64,000 nt of DNA, taken from assembly GCA_964230645.1 (NCBI GenBank), contig CAXRHT010000003.1:585065-649064 (forward strand), written 5' to 3'. Below the pieces are notes generated by a model that was not told the DNA's origin, searched no databases, and worked only from the letters and a program-made list of their open reading frames with translations. The stretch is from Bdellovibrionales bacterium (GTDB lineage: Bacteria > Bdellovibrionota > Bdellovibrionia > Bdellovibrionales > JAGQZY01). Made by a program: the position numbers and the translations under genes. Shown one piece after another: positions 1 through 7,596 of this stretch (within the stretch, counting starts at the first letter, position 1; each line of letters opens with the position of its first letter).

Positions 1-142
1 TGCTCTTGGTGGATACTTAGATAGTCCTAAAGACAATCAGCCTATGACTTTTGTGTTTTTTTACAATGGTTCTTCAAAAAAAGACTGGAAGGTTCGAGCC
101 ATGTTCGATCGACTCTTATGGAAGATCTACAAAGGGAGCTAG
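1..142 (+). CDS. 3' end of a probable D-Ala-D-Ala carboxypeptidase/endopeptidase (DacB/PBP4, peptidase S13), truncated by the window edge
   Basis: Frame 2 reads ALGGYLDSPKDNQPMTFVFFYNG...KIYKGS* (TAG 140-142), resembling the ALxGY...F...N tail of S13 peptidases. Only 46 codons are visible. Confidence 0.5.
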   Translation, partial: ALGGYLDSPKDNQPMTFVFFYNGSSKKDWKVRAMFDRLLWKIYKGS

Positions 143-176
143 TGTCCCATCACGCTTCGTATACTGGATGGGACAC
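142..176. terminator. Hairpin between convergent genes
   Basis: GTGTCCCATC (142-151) and GATGGGACAC (167-176) form a 10-bp inverted repeat between two converging stop codons. Confidence 0.55.
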
Positions 177-197
177 CAAGAAAAGATTTTTTGAAAA

Positions 198-1196
198 TTA
201 GTTGTAGCCGGCTTCTTTCATAAGCTCGCTGGCGAGATCAGAAAAGTTGCTAATAATTCCAACATTCGTTTCATCTTCAGCAAAACTACCAAAATTTTGT
301 ACTGTTGGGTTCAGAGAGGCTTCCGGGTTAACGGGATATTGCTTGAAAGCATCAGCAATCGCGGTTTGTACTGGAGCTGATATAAGATATTCAATCAACT
401 GATTAACCTCTTTAGTTTTTTGAGAATGTTTGATGAACCCAATACCGACACCATTAATATGGGCGTTCGTCGTTCCTTGATTGGCAAACAAAGGGCGCAC
501 GGCATAGTGTGGATCGGCTTCAATAAAGGCTGGCAAATAGTAAGAGTTCGCTAGTCCCACATCACAAAGGCCGTCATTTATGGCGCGAATGACATCTCTG
601 TCGCTCGTTGTCGGCTCCATCGCCAAATTGTCGGCCCAGCCTTTCATGATTTCGCGAGCTTTATCGGGACCGTGGTGCACAACTAAATAAGCACCAAGGG
701 CTTTGTTATAGCTACTGGCTGATGTTCTTAAACAAAGGCGGTCTTGCCATTTCTTATCAGCCAAATCGGCGTAGGTGCTGAGTTCTTCAGAATCAACTTT
801 TTCCGAATTGTACATAATAACTCGTGAACGATAAAAGATATGAAGCCATCTTTTTCCAGATTCCATCAAATGATTCGGTACGGTTTCTTCCACCTTCTCA
901 GATGTGATGGCTTGATAAAGACCGGCTCGGGTGGCCTGACCATGATAAACAAGGTCTTTGTCTAAATGTAAATCGGCGGGGGTGTGCTCTCCCTCCTGGA
1001 TGAGGCGATCGAGTAGTTCGTCGCTCTTTCCAGAAAGCACATTCACTTCGATACCGGTTTGCTCGGTAAAAGGCGCAAAAATAGGTGCCAATTCGTCCGC
1101 AGGGTAAACAGAGTAAATATTCAGTTCGGCTGCAGAGACTTGCAGGCTAAATAGAGAGGTCACAATGACTAGGACCATTTTCAGGTTGTTCAACAT
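198..1196 (-). CDS. Fe3+ ABC transporter periplasmic binding protein (FutA/FbpA/AfuA family)
   Basis: Signal peptide; FTEQTGIEVN, EGEHTPADL, LSTYADLAD, CDVGLANSYY (tandem Tyr iron ligands), GxHIN-like motif; RBS AAGGAG upstream. Confidence 0.85.
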   Translation of the reverse strand: MLNNLKMVLVIVTSLFSLQVSAAELNIYSVYPADELAPIFAPFTEQTGIEVNVLSGKSDELLDRLIQEGEHTPADLHLDKDLVYHGQATRAGLYQAITSEKVEETVPNHLMESGKRWLHIFYRSRVIMYNSEKVDSEELSTYADLADKKWQDRLCLRTSASSYNKALGAYLVVHHGPDKAREIMKGWADNLAMEPTTSDRDVIRAINDGLCDVGLANSYYLPAFIEADPHYAVRPLFANQGTTNAHINGVGIGFIKHSQKTKEVNQLIEYLISAPVQTAIADAFKQYPVNPEASLNPTVQNFGSFAEDETNVGIISNFSDLASELMKEAGYN

Positions 1197-1552
1197 ACTA
1201 AAACTCCTTTGAAAGTTAATGAGTGACTACGGAGTTCACTTATAAGAGCCAACCAGTCAAATACAGGTTCATCACGGAGCTGAAAACCAGTTGATTGTTT
1301 GCATTGAAGATCTGTTTTATCCATGTAAATTCAGTTATTTAGCATCCATGAACAATTCTTAAAGCGGACTTAAGAAAAATTCGTTGTTCGCATTTTGTTT
1401 TCGTTAAGCTGTTACTTGGGTTGCAGCTGCTCTGTTCCCGCTTTTATTAAGAATCTTAAATAGAATTCAGTAAAAACCAAATTCTGACCAAATCTCCGCT
1501 AGACCCCTGCGGGTCCTGCTGATTTCATAGGACTTTCTCAAGGGAGGGGATA

Positions 1553-2899
1553 ATGAAAATGGTACGTCGCCAATTTTTAAAATTAGGCATATTTTCATCG
1601 ATAGTGGCTGGGATGCCAGAAAAAGGAAAAGCTGGAGCTCAATCAAAAGATCGCTTTTGGTCGATCGGAAGTGAAGAGAACTTTCACGAACTTTCGATCC
1701 TGCAAGGGGCGACAGATCAGAATAAAACACAATTTTCCGTACTTCATCCAAGAGACGAAGTGCTCAGCTTTTATTCTACGGATGAAGAAGGGGAAATAAT
1801 TCTTCCGGATTTAATTGAAACCTATTCCCACAGTGATCACCCCATGATTCTTTCGAAGGTTTATTTTTCGGGACTTCAGGAAAATAGAGATTACAGTTTG
1901 TTATTGGAAGATACGGATGGAAATCTCGTGGCTGAGCGTTTTTACAGAACACTCACAATGAATCAAAGGAATTTACGCTTTGCTATTGCCAGTTGTATGG
2001 ACGATGAGAACCACGATCCCGATATTTGGATCGATATGGTTGAAAAAGACCCAGACGTCATTTTTTTCGTGGGAGACAGCGTTTACGCCGACCGTCTGAG
2101 GGGGAGCGAAGAGCGTCGTTCTGCCGATCCCGATCAGTTATGGCTTAGGTTCTGTCAAGCCAGGCAAACTTTAGAGATCTTTCAAAGTAAAAAACTCATT
2201 CCAATCATCGCCGTTTGGGATGATCACGATTTTGGACGTAACGACACCGGTAAAACTTATCCTTATGTGGAAGAGTCACAAAAAAACTTTCTTTCTTTTT
2301 TCGCTCAAGAAGAGAGTCATTGCTCTGTCTTAGCGCGTGGCCCAGGAGTCGGTTCAGCTTTTCAATATGGCAATCAACTTTTTTTGCTGCTTGACGGTCG
2401 AAGTTTTCGAGAAACGGGTCATTCCCCGAAGAGATACGCTCATTGGGGGGAGGAGCAAGAGAAATGGGCGCTCGATCTTATTGATCAGCACCAAGGTTTT
2501 GTTTGGATTATGACCGGTACTCAAATTTTTCCTTCCATGATTTTTAAAGAATCGGTTTCAAAACACCACGCTAACAACTTAAATGGTTTTATCGATGAAC
2601 TAAGAAATCGTGGTACTCGCGCTGGATTCGTTTCAGGAGACGTTCATTTCAGCGAGATTTCAGAAATAGAGGATGATTTTTTGGGCTATCGGACCTACGA
2701 ATTCACTTCTAGCTCTATTCATTCGACCACTTTCCCTGGGGTTCCTGGAATTATACCCAATAAAAGAAGAATCGTTTCAACCGGTAAAAGGAATTATCTC
2801 CTTTTAAATAGCGAGTACGATGGAAGCACTATGAATATCCAAGTGGTCAGTCATTCCGAGCAGAATCGTACCAATTTTGAAAGAGAACTAAAGATTTAA
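1553..2899 (+). CDS. phoD: PhoD-family alkaline phosphatase/phosphodiesterase with Tat signal
   Basis: RRQFLK twin-arginine signal; FAIASC, FFVGDSVYAD, WDDHDF, LLDGRSFR and SGDVH PhoD motifs. Confidence 0.85.
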   Translation: MKMVRRQFLKLGIFSSIVAGMPEKGKAGAQSKDRFWSIGSEENFHELSILQGATDQNKTQFSVLHPRDEVLSFYSTDEEGEIILPDLIETYSHSDHPMILSKVYFSGLQENRDYSLLLEDTDGNLVAERFYRTLTMNQRNLRFAIASCMDDENHDPDIWIDMVEKDPDVIFFVGDSVYADRLRGSEERRSADPDQLWLRFCQARQTLEIFQSKKLIPIIAVWDDHDFGRNDTGKTYPYVEESQKNFLSFFAQEESHCSVLARGPGVGSAFQYGNQLFLLLDGRSFRETGHSPKRYAHWGEEQEKWALDLIDQHQGFVWIMTGTQIFPSMIFKESVSKHHANNLNGFIDELRNRGTRAGFVSGDVHFSEISEIEDDFLGYRTYEFTSSSIHSTTFPGVPGIIPNKRRIVSTGKRNYLLLNSEYDGSTMNIQVVSHSEQNRTNFERELKI

Positions 2900-2941
2900 G
2901 TGAGTCAGGGGCTTTATTCTTACTCGTAAAAAGACAAAGCC

Positions 2942-3664
2942 CTAAGATTTCTTCCCAATAAAAGAGTAATAGGGCACCTTTCCCACAGGAAGATAAGGGA
3001 TGGCATTGTACCCCTCAAAGAGGTGAGTTTTTTCGAATTTATTCAATAAATAGGGTAGATGGTCAGGGTTTAAAAATACATTGTCGTAAGAAAACCAAAG
3101 AGGCCAAAAGTGTCTTGTCTTTGCATCGTGGCACTGTAGGCCGGGTAGAGGATGTTTTTCAGCCACATAGAAATCAACCACGCCTACATATCCATGAGGT
3201 GAGAGTATCTTGTAACAATGATCAAGAACCCTGTACCATTGTGGAAACATCGTTAGTGAATAGGAGAAGCTCACCAGCTCACAGTACTCAGGAGGTTGGA
3301 AAATAGTGACGTCACTTGTGACCACTTCCACATTTTTTAGACCTCTCTTCCAGACTTTACTCTTTGCTTTTTCAAGTAAAGAAGGGGAGAGGTCGACAAG
3401 ATATATTTTTTTGTAGCGAGCGAGCTGCTCGTTTGTTAAAAAGTCGAGACTTGCTCCCGTACCAGCCCCAAAATCAACCCACGTCCCTTCGGGTTGTCTA
3501 TTGTTCAGTTCCCTAAAAAGAGTTTCACGGCCTGCCAACAACTTTTTTCTGAATTGGTCATAATTTTGTGTTTGGTTTTTATAGAAATTCTCGAGTCTAT
3601 CCTTGTGATTCGTGTCCTTACGAGGCTTAAGCATTTGATAGATCGTTTTTATATCGGCAATCAT
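2942..3664 (-). CDS. btaB: SAM-dependent diacylglyceryl-homoserine N-methyltransferase (betaine lipid synthesis)
   Basis: SAM motif VDFGAGTG; LENFY..Q..YD.FR..LL.GRE and FSYSLTM motifs; ATGA overlap with the btaA-like gene. Confidence 0.8.
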   Translation of the reverse strand: MIADIKTIYQMLKPRKDTNHKDRLENFYKNQTQNYDQFRKKLLAGRETLFRELNNRQPEGTWVDFGAGTGASLDFLTNEQLARYKKIYLVDLSPSLLEKAKSKVWKRGLKNVEVVTSDVTIFQPPEYCELVSFSYSLTMFPQWYRVLDHCYKILSPHGYVGVVDFYVAEKHPLPGLQCHDAKTRHFWPLWFSYDNVFLNPDHLPYLLNKFEKTHLFEGYNAIPYLPVGKVPYYSFIGKKS

Positions 3665-4845
3665 GAGGGTTGCACTCCCGCGATATAAAAACTTCCGTAG
3701 GTATGGACTCGATCTTTCTTGTGCAAAGACTTCGCTAGTTCATGATCGTAGTGAAGGTAATCTCCGAGGGTTTTGTTGGTAGACAGGGCAAGCGGATCAA
3801 TGAAATCCACATTTAAGCTGGCACTGCGCCAGAGAATTTTTGACGTTTCATCCGCTTTAGCAATCAGATGTTTCCATTGCTCCTCTAAAAGCTGGCGATG
3901 ATTTTGGTAAAGCCAGTCCATATGATCGAGAAGTGTTACTTTATGTAGTTTTTTATGATCTTTCTTGAAAAATTCAATCAAAGAAGAATTGTGAGTACTA
4001 AGTCCCTCTACTCGGTCTTTTAAGGTATTGAAGTTCTTTTCTTTCAAATACTCGGGGCAGCAGTCTTGAGTGTAGTAACCAAAAAGGTAGAGGTGGTAAA
4101 AGTAATTATCGTGAAGACTGAGTTTGGAAAAAACGAAATCAAGACAGTCTTCGATAAATTTCGCCATTCCCCCTATATAGGAATTTTCGATCTGTAGAAA
4201 CTGTGAGCGAGGAACGCCTAAGGCTGACATCAATGCCCCTCGTCTAGTAGCCCAACGGAGGGTATCATTCCAAAAATAAGGTTTCAGTTCGGAAAAATAG
4301 ATCAGTGCCTGTTCTTGCAAGGTTTTAGCGGAAAAAACTTTATCAATGCTAGGGAGAAGTCCTTTTAAAGATATGTAACTACCCATGAGGCGGGCCACAA
4401 GCCCTGAGCTGCCTCGGTAATAAAATCCTTTATGAAAACTATTAGTTTTAAAAAAATCAATATGGCGATCCCAGTAAGCTTGGGCAAATTCAGGAAGTTC
4501 GGCTCGAAGAGTTTTGCGATAAATCCTCTCGATGCCTGGATGCATGCCCATAGCAAAGAGTGTGAAGAAGTCCTCGTAATCAAGACTTTTAATTCCTGCT
4601 TTTTTAAGCTCCAACAGCGCATTTTGTCTGGGATTCATATCAACAGCATCGACATGGTTAGGGGAGTCTAGGAGGTACTCTAAAGCATTGCATCCCGCTG
4701 AGGTGATTACTAAGACGTTGTCAGAGGGTTTGATTTTAAAGGCCATTCGATCAAGACGGGGGTCTTCCCAACATTGGTTGTAAACCAAATTATTGCCGTG
4801 AACCCAATGGAAAATTTGTTGTCTCATCCAGGATTGAATTTGCAT
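3661..4845 (-). CDS. btaA: SAM:diacylglycerol 3-amino-3-carboxypropyl transferase (BtaA/DUF3419)
   Basis: LVYNQCWEDPRLD, VITSAGCNAL, AVDMNPRQNALLELK, LLDHMDW and DRVHTYGSF motifs typical of BtaA. Confidence 0.85.
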   Translation of the reverse strand: MQIQSWMRQQIFHWVHGNNLVYNQCWEDPRLDRMAFKIKPSDNVLVITSAGCNALEYLLDSPNHVDAVDMNPRQNALLELKKAGIKSLDYEDFFTLFAMGMHPGIERIYRKTLRAELPEFAQAYWDRHIDFFKTNSFHKGFYYRGSSGLVARLMGSYISLKGLLPSIDKVFSAKTLQEQALIYFSELKPYFWNDTLRWATRRGALMSALGVPRSQFLQIENSYIGGMAKFIEDCLDFVFSKLSLHDNYFYHLYLFGYYTQDCCPEYLKEKNFNTLKDRVEGLSTHNSSLIEFFKKDHKKLHKVTLLDHMDWLYQNHRQLLEEQWKHLIAKADETSKILWRSASLNVDFIDPLALSTNKTLGDYLHYDHELAKSLHKKDRVHTYGSFYIAGVQPS

Positions 4846-5074
4846 ATATCCAATGATGACGGGAGTTTAGGGAATTAACAAATTATGACTCCATCAATGT
4901 TCTGTCAGTGTTGTGTCAAAAGGTCGAGGATATATTAGGAAAGGCTTGTATGCTCTGTTCAACAAGACGTCCCTTCGTCACGGAAGGAAGAATTTTCAAT
5001 ATGACGAATTCCCATTGAGGCCACGCTCTTACTCCAATAACAATATTGGTTTCGACAAAGAAGAGGGGACTGCC

Positions 5075-6469
5075 ATGTTTATCCAAATCATTCTATCAAT
5101 ATTAATTTTTCCCGCTGACGCTATCGTGGGAGGGGATAACCTTGTGGATTCAGTTCCTGAGCAGCTCTGCCAGATTGTTCCAGTCGAGAACGGCCAGTAT
5201 CTTCGCCAAAAAACTTGCTCGGCGACAATCGTAGGTTCAAGGGAGCTTTTGACTGCGGGGCACTGTGGTTCTGGACAGCATGAAGCCTATTTTGTGGATT
5301 GTGTTTCGGGAGATCAGTTTTTAGTGCCTACTGAAGACAATTGGACTTTTCTTGATGAAAACGGCCCTCTTAACCCAATGTTAGCCATTAAAGATCTTGG
5401 ACGTGCAGAAAAAGACCAAGCTCTTGTAAAAATAAATTCGAGTTTTTCAGTCGATGGTCTCGGTATCGCCACAGCCCACGAACAGGAGGCACTTTTAGAA
5501 GCCAACTCTTGTTATTTCCTAGGAACGGGAATCAATAATGCCGGTCTATGGGGAGTACCCCAAAAGGTAAAAGTAGATACTCAAAAAAGCTTAGACTCTT
5601 ATGGATCTTTAGTTTTTCTGGAAGCCTATCCGCAAGTGCAGGCCCATGATTCCGGTGGTTCCCTTGTTTGTGAAAATCAAGTGGTGGCAGTTATTGTGGC
5701 TCAGCAGAATAAACCCAAAGGCTCTATTCTGACGAAAGTTTCGAGTGATTTGTTCAGCTCTGGCAGCCTTAATCCACAAGCTTGTCAAAACAATACCACC
5801 TCAAAAGCTGTGGACGATGCCATTGAACATCTTTTAGGCTTTGAAGAAGTAAGACATTTTCTAATGACTAAAAAGCAACAAGGTTATTCGGTTTGTTATC
5901 AAGGTCTCACTCTTGGTAAAAACAATTATCAGTACTTCAAAAATTTTGTTTCCTTTGAATTACAAAAAGATGGAAAAATCGAAAATCGTTTGATGGTCCT
6001 TTTTCAGTCAGCCAGTGTCCAGGCCCACCACTCGACCGGTTCAAGACCTTGGGTGATTTTAGACACTCAGAAAACTATCGAAGCTCTCGGTCAAACTTTG
6101 GATGTGGCTATTCCCCAAAACTCCCTCTCATTTCAGCCGTTAGCAGAAAACTATTTTCAAAACTGGAACGGAGACAAAAAGCAAAAATCAATGATTGTTC
6201 TTGGCTCCTCTTCCTCTAGCAATCTTCTTCTTTTTTCTTGGCTCAAAGAAGTGAACGTCGGCGGCAATATTTTTACCACCGGTGTTAGTCCACAGTACGG
6301 ACTCGTAGAAAAGCAAGGCGATGAAGACTTCATGTTATCCAATGGATCGGCGTTCAATAAAGTATTAGGAATTCTCGAAGATCAACTCACTGAAACCGAG
6401 AAAGCCTATAAGGCTTCTAGTGCAGAGATTGGTGACTTCATCGAACAGGTCTCAAAGGTAAGGCGCTAA
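5075..6469 (+). CDS. Secreted trypsin-like (S1) serine protease with a long C-terminal extension
   Basis: Start moved to ATG 5075 (RBS GAGGGG, signal peptide MFIQIILSILIFPADA, then IVGG). Catalytic motifs LTAGHC, DQALV, HDSGGSLVC. Confidence 0.75.
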   Translation: MFIQIILSILIFPADAIVGGDNLVDSVPEQLCQIVPVENGQYLRQKTCSATIVGSRELLTAGHCGSGQHEAYFVDCVSGDQFLVPTEDNWTFLDENGPLNPMLAIKDLGRAEKDQALVKINSSFSVDGLGIATAHEQEALLEANSCYFLGTGINNAGLWGVPQKVKVDTQKSLDSYGSLVFLEAYPQVQAHDSGGSLVCENQVVAVIVAQQNKPKGSILTKVSSDLFSSGSLNPQACQNNTTSKAVDDAIEHLLGFEEVRHFLMTKKQQGYSVCYQGLTLGKNNYQYFKNFVSFELQKDGKIENRLMVLFQSASVQAHHSTGSRPWVILDTQKTIEALGQTLDVAIPQNSLSFQPLAENYFQNWNGDKKQKSMIVLGSSSSSNLLLFSWLKEVNVGGNIFTTGVSPQYGLVEKQGDEDFMLSNGSAFNKVLGILEDQLTETEKAYKASSAEIGDFIEQVSKVRR

Positions 6470-6475
6470 AACTCA

Positions 6476-6610
6476 TTGCCGTCTTGAGGCGAAATGAAAA
6501 TGTCGTCCTGATGAGAAGCAAAAAAATTGTCGTCCTGATGAGAAGCAAAAAAATTGTCGTCCTGAGGCGAAGCAAAAAAATTGTCGTCCTGAGGCGAAGC
6601 CGAAGGACCT
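6476..6610 (+). repeat. Tandem array of 27-bp REP-like units
   Basis: TGTCGTCCTGA(T/G)G(A/C)GAAGC starts at 6501, 6528, 6555 and 6582 (27-bp period, A7T spacer), plus a degenerate copy at about 6476. The last copy continues CGAAGGACCT and can form a hairpin. Confidence 0.9.
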
Positions 6611-6636
6611 TTGGAACCTCGGTCGAAGCCCTCGTC

Positions 6637-6810
6637 TCCCCATAGTATTGTTTATAATAAATTTCTTCAGGGCCGGCATCCATGACGGCCACATGCGAAG
6701 CTGTACAGCTTCGCATGCCGTGGCCCTTGCTTGTGTTTCTCCCTGCGGGCGAAAACGCGTCACGCTCACAAGAGCCCTTACGAAAATTATTATAAACAAT
6801 ACTATGGGGA
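6637..6810. mobile_element. 174-bp element with long terminal inverted repeats (MITE-like or structured RNA)
   Basis: TCCCCATAGTATTGTTTATAATAA (6637-6660) is the exact reverse complement of 6787-6810, extending to 37 bp with 3 mismatches. Internal perfect palindrome CATGCGAAGCTGTACAGCTTCGCATG (6692-6717). No transposase or target-site duplication seen. Confidence 0.55.
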
Positions 6811-7075
6811 CCGTGGATCAAGCGAAAACTTAAAAAAAAGGCCCCCCTTGAATGACTTTGTTGGATCTTATTTTTTTGTAGCAATGTGGGTGCTTAGACT
6901 ACAAATGTATGTTCAGCTATTTTAATTAGTTATCTACATCGCGACAAAAGGAAAAATGAGAGCCCAAAATGACAAATTTCCGTTCGCCTTGCAAAAATTA
7001 CAGCTGAAATTAAAAAGAACTCCTTTTCACCCTGGTTTTCAACTTGCATCGAAATAGCAGGCAAAGGAGCGATTT

Positions 7076-7579
7076 ATGAAAAAACTGATATTCTCTTTTA
7101 TAGCGATTTCATTAATGTACGGGCAAAATTTGTGGGCTGGGGAATTCAATCATTCCGTGGCCATCAATATTCAGAGTCTTCAAATCAATGTGCCCAACTC
7201 TTCTGGAGAGCATAGATTAACATTGCTCATTTACCTGCAAGGTCGCTCCACCGGCCATCTCACCCTTATCGAAGACATAAATTTGGGCTCTCATCATGTG
7301 AACCGCCCCCTCGGAGAAGCTGAGATCGGTGACTGGATTGAAATTTCACAACACAGTTTCAATGGAGCCATTTATCGTGGAGGTCTCCTAGGTCAGGATC
7401 AAGAGGGTTACGATTTGGTTTTTAAAGTCAAACGCTACCGTACTGTTATTGATCAGGTTCACCTCTCTTTTGCTCTTTCAACCGACGCTTTAGTCAGGCA
7501 GTACCGCAGCCCCGTTCCCTTCCGGGTGAATGATCCACAGGGCAGAGATTTTATTGAAATGGCTGTTCTTCTTGAATAA
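7076..7579 (+). CDS. Secreted hypothetical protein
   Basis: RBS AAGGAG; signal peptide MKKLIFSFIAISLMYGQNLWA; no recognised domain. Confidence 0.7.
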   Translation: MKKLIFSFIAISLMYGQNLWAGEFNHSVAINIQSLQINVPNSSGEHRLTLLIYLQGRSTGHLTLIEDINLGSHHVNRPLGEAEIGDWIEISQHSFNGAIYRGGLLGQDQEGYDLVFKVKRYRTVIDQVHLSFALSTDALVRQYRSPVPFRVNDPQGRDFIEMAVLLE

Positions 7580-7596
7580 ATCAAGATCGAAGGGGC

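Noticed and set aside
4913-5074. N-terminal extension of the protease ORF, and similar extensions at 11164-11319, 30951-31115, 31191-31340 and 62673-62750
   Set aside because: Internal ATGs have RBSs and signal peptides or family-typical N-termini; the extensions are longest-ORF artefacts.
6508-6580. Hammerhead ribozyme core (CTGATGA)
   Set aside because: There is no stem II followed by GAAA (GAAG occurs instead) and no flanking stems I/III.
6476-6610. Possible CRISPR array
   Set aside because: Units are contiguous with identical A7T linkers and no unique spacers; there are no cas genes in the window.
6438-6925. ORFs 6438-6884, 6473-6799, 6648-6833, 6731-6925
   Set aside because: They are translations of the tandem and inverted repeats and show no protein-like features.
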